Shown in pieces: positions 62,215 through 64,000 of a stretch of 64,000 nucleotides of DNA. Positions within the stretch are counted from its first letter, which is position 1. Each line of letters opens with the position of its first letter. The translations under genes and the position numbers were made by a program. Below the pieces are notes generated by a model. It had not been told where the DNA came from. It saw only the letters and a program-made list of their open reading frames with translations, and did not search any database. Source of the stretch: Acidobacteriota bacterium (lineage in GTDB: Bacteria; Acidobacteriota; UBA4820; DSQY01); NCBI GenBank assembly GCA_049967655.1, contig JBMFSH010000004.1:78521-142520 (forward strand), in the 5' to 3' direction.

Positions 62215-62628
62215 CTATTCGGCTTCATCGGAATCATGCGCTTCACCTTCATCGAAGCCTGCGAGAAGCTCCTGTGCGCGGCGCGACACGAGAACCCGGA
62301 AATCTTGACAGCGCGCCCGAACACCCTCTTTTGCCATCCGGCCCCCGATTCGAGCCAGGGCCTCCAGGCACGCCATCGCGAGATAGACGTCCGCCGTGCT
62401 CTCGGCCTTTCGGATGAGGTAAGGAACGGCGGCGTGGTCCTTTCGCATGCCGAGGATCGTGGCGGCTCGGAGCGGGGTTTCGGGCTCGGGGTGGTCCAGC
62501 GACGCGATGAGACGCTCCGTGTAGCTCGCCCGGGCCAGCCGCTCCTCCACCTGGCTCCCGCAGTGGGGGCAGGGGTCCTGCTTCTCCCGAATCTCCGCCC
62601 AGCACGACGGGCAAAAGAAGGTCGTCAT
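62215..62628 (-). CDS. Zinc-ribbon plus HEAT-repeat protein
   Basis: FCPSCW...CPHCG followed by HEAT-like helices (RAATILG, ACLEALARIG). Confidence 0.75.
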   Translation of the reverse strand: MTTFFCPSCWAEIREKQDPCPHCGSQVEERLARASYTERLIASLDHPEPETPLRAATILGMRKDHAAVPYLIRKAESTADVYLAMACLEALARIGGRMAKEGVRARCQDFRVLVSRRAQELLAGFDEGEAHDSDEAE

Positions 62629-63113
62629 GGTTTCGACTCCAGCGGCTCGCTCCGGGGTGTTCCATCCGATTCCGGATCGCATGCGCTTCGGATGTCTTCC
62701 AGGGGTCCGCGAAGCCGCTCCCAGAGGGCCGGCAGCTCCCCTTGTTTCTCCTGTGGGACCATTCCGAATTCCCTGAGGCGCGAGGGGCGCAGATCCTCCA
62801 GGTCGATGAGGCTGAAAGTGGCGGCGGCCCGGACCGAGCTTGAGGCTACCTTTTCCCTGGGCTCGACGCCCAGCGCGTCAGCCACGGCCGCCAGCTCCTC
62901 GTGGGCCCGGCGCACCGCCTTTCGTATTCTGCCGGCCTGCTCGGGCGCGAGGTCCTGCCGCCAGTGGTAAAGAGGGCCCGACGGGGTCCGCCCGCTGGCC
63001 CACAGGTCGATATCGTCCAGGCGCTGGTCCAACACGAGCAGAGTGGACGCAATGTAGATCCAGTAGGGTTCGGGCAAATCGTGAATCCCCTTTCTCTCGT
63101 CCTTCGCGTCCAT
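62625..63113 (-). CDS. Hypothetical helical protein (paralogue A)
   Basis: Shares STL..LDQRLD.I..WASG..PSGPLY.WRQDL...FSL..LE.L.P with the next gene. Confidence 0.65.
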   Translation of the reverse strand: MDAKDERKGIHDLPEPYWIYIASTLLVLDQRLDDIDLWASGRTPSGPLYHWRQDLAPEQAGRIRKAVRRAHEELAAVADALGVEPREKVASSSVRAAATFSLIDLEDLRPSRLREFGMVPQEKQGELPALWERLRGPLEDIRSACDPESDGTPRSEPLESKP

Positions 63114-63156
63114 GGCCGATCCTCGGTTCATCATTCTGTGGAGAGCGCGAGCCCGC

Positions 63157-63657
63157 TCATGGGTCGCCCTCGGCTGAGGAGGCGGTGCTGCCCGCTCCCG
63201 GAGCTCCGCACAGGCGACGGATCTCTTCCAGCGGGCCGTTGAGCGGTTCCCAGATCTCCTCAAAGAGCCTGACCTGATCCTCGGTCAACGCCCCGTAAGC
63301 CCGGATGCGGCGGGGCTCCAGCTCCTCCAACTCGACGAGCGAGAAGATGGCCCCCGTCTGGATCGCGCGCGAGGCTACCCGCTCCTGCGGCTGGAGATTC
63401 AGCCTTGCGATGATGCGGGCCAGCTCTTCGCGCACCTTCCCCGCCTCCAGGGCGATCCGCTTCAGAGTCCTCGGATCGAGATCCTGGCGCCACCGGTAGA
63501 GAGGGCCCGAAGGCAAGGGACCCGAAGCCCACCGTTCGATTTCGTCCAACCGCTGGTCCATCAAGACCAGCGTGGAGGTGATCCGCCGAAGGTGCGACTC
63601 GCCCAGCCCGAAGGCGCGGGCGGGTGCACGGTCACGGTGATCCATGCTCACCTCCAT
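63157..63657 (-). CDS. Hypothetical helical protein (paralogue B)
   Basis: Clear paralogue of 62625-63113, with motif LEELEPRRIRAYG. Confidence 0.65.
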   Translation of the reverse strand: MEVSMDHRDRAPARAFGLGESHLRRITSTLVLMDQRLDEIERWASGPLPSGPLYRWRQDLDPRTLKRIALEAGKVREELARIIARLNLQPQERVASRAIQTGAIFSLVELEELEPRRIRAYGALTEDQVRLFEEIWEPLNGPLEEIRRLCGAPGAGSTASSAEGDP

Positions 63658-64000
63658 GGTCCAGCCGCCGACCGTGCGTCAGCGTAAACGCCAGCAGGGC
63701 CAGAAAGCCGGCCCCCGTGAAGGCCGCCGCCACGCCGTAGGCCCAGACCCTCCCAGCGTGATCCAGCAGCCAGCCGGTGAGAACGCTCGAACTCAGGTCC
63801 CCCACGGCGTTGGCCGTAGCGAGCAGACCCAGCGCGTAGGCGCGGGCCTCGACGGGGATCATCTTCGCGGCGGTAGCTTTCTCCACGGTCTCCTCGATGG
63901 CGCGCAGATACACCTCGGTTTTGCCGCTTGCGGTAACGCCGTGGATGAGGAAGCGACCCGGGGTACCGCGGGCCAGGCTGGCGAGGATGGGCGCAAGGGC
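63632..64000 (-). other. Open frame to the window edge: PriA-like Walker A segment joined to an MFS-transporter C-terminus
   Basis: Translation from 64000: ALAPILASLARGTPGRFLIHGVTASGKTEVYLRAIEETVEKATAAKMIPVEARAYALGLLATANAVGDLSSSVLTGWLL... Confidence 0.6.

Overview
GC-rich bacterial chromosomal segment, most consistent with Acidobacteriota (inferred from the Hfq-like paralogue, clpC-bamA synteny and mglAB-recR synteny). Most of it is conserved housekeeping: accA, dnaE, guaA, dus, PPIases, mfd, plsY-gpsA, rsgA, nfnAB-like pair, lysS-lolCD-clpC-bamA-skp-lpxD-fabZ-lpxA, recA, hemL, radC, comEA, mglAB, recR-ybaB-dnaX, tRNA-Gly and SRP RNA. Highlights: (1) two tandem, paralogous ~50-60 nt candidate sRNAs at 43.8-44.1 kb, each with a near-consensus sigma-54 promoter, a CU-rich anti-Shine-Dalgarno body and a terminator hairpin. 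Their seed is complementary to the RBS of the nearby arginine operon and of an orphan sigma-54 activator. (2) An arginine synthetase-like/carbamate kinase/OTCase operon with no arginine deiminase. (3) An accessory operon joining fluoride export (crcB, DUF190-CBS) to a dynamin-like GTPase and two paralogous unknown proteins. (4) A moaA remnant, an inverted tRNA T-arm copy, short-period intergenic repeats and a PriA/MFS chimera at the right edge. All calls are from reading motifs by eye; no searches were run.
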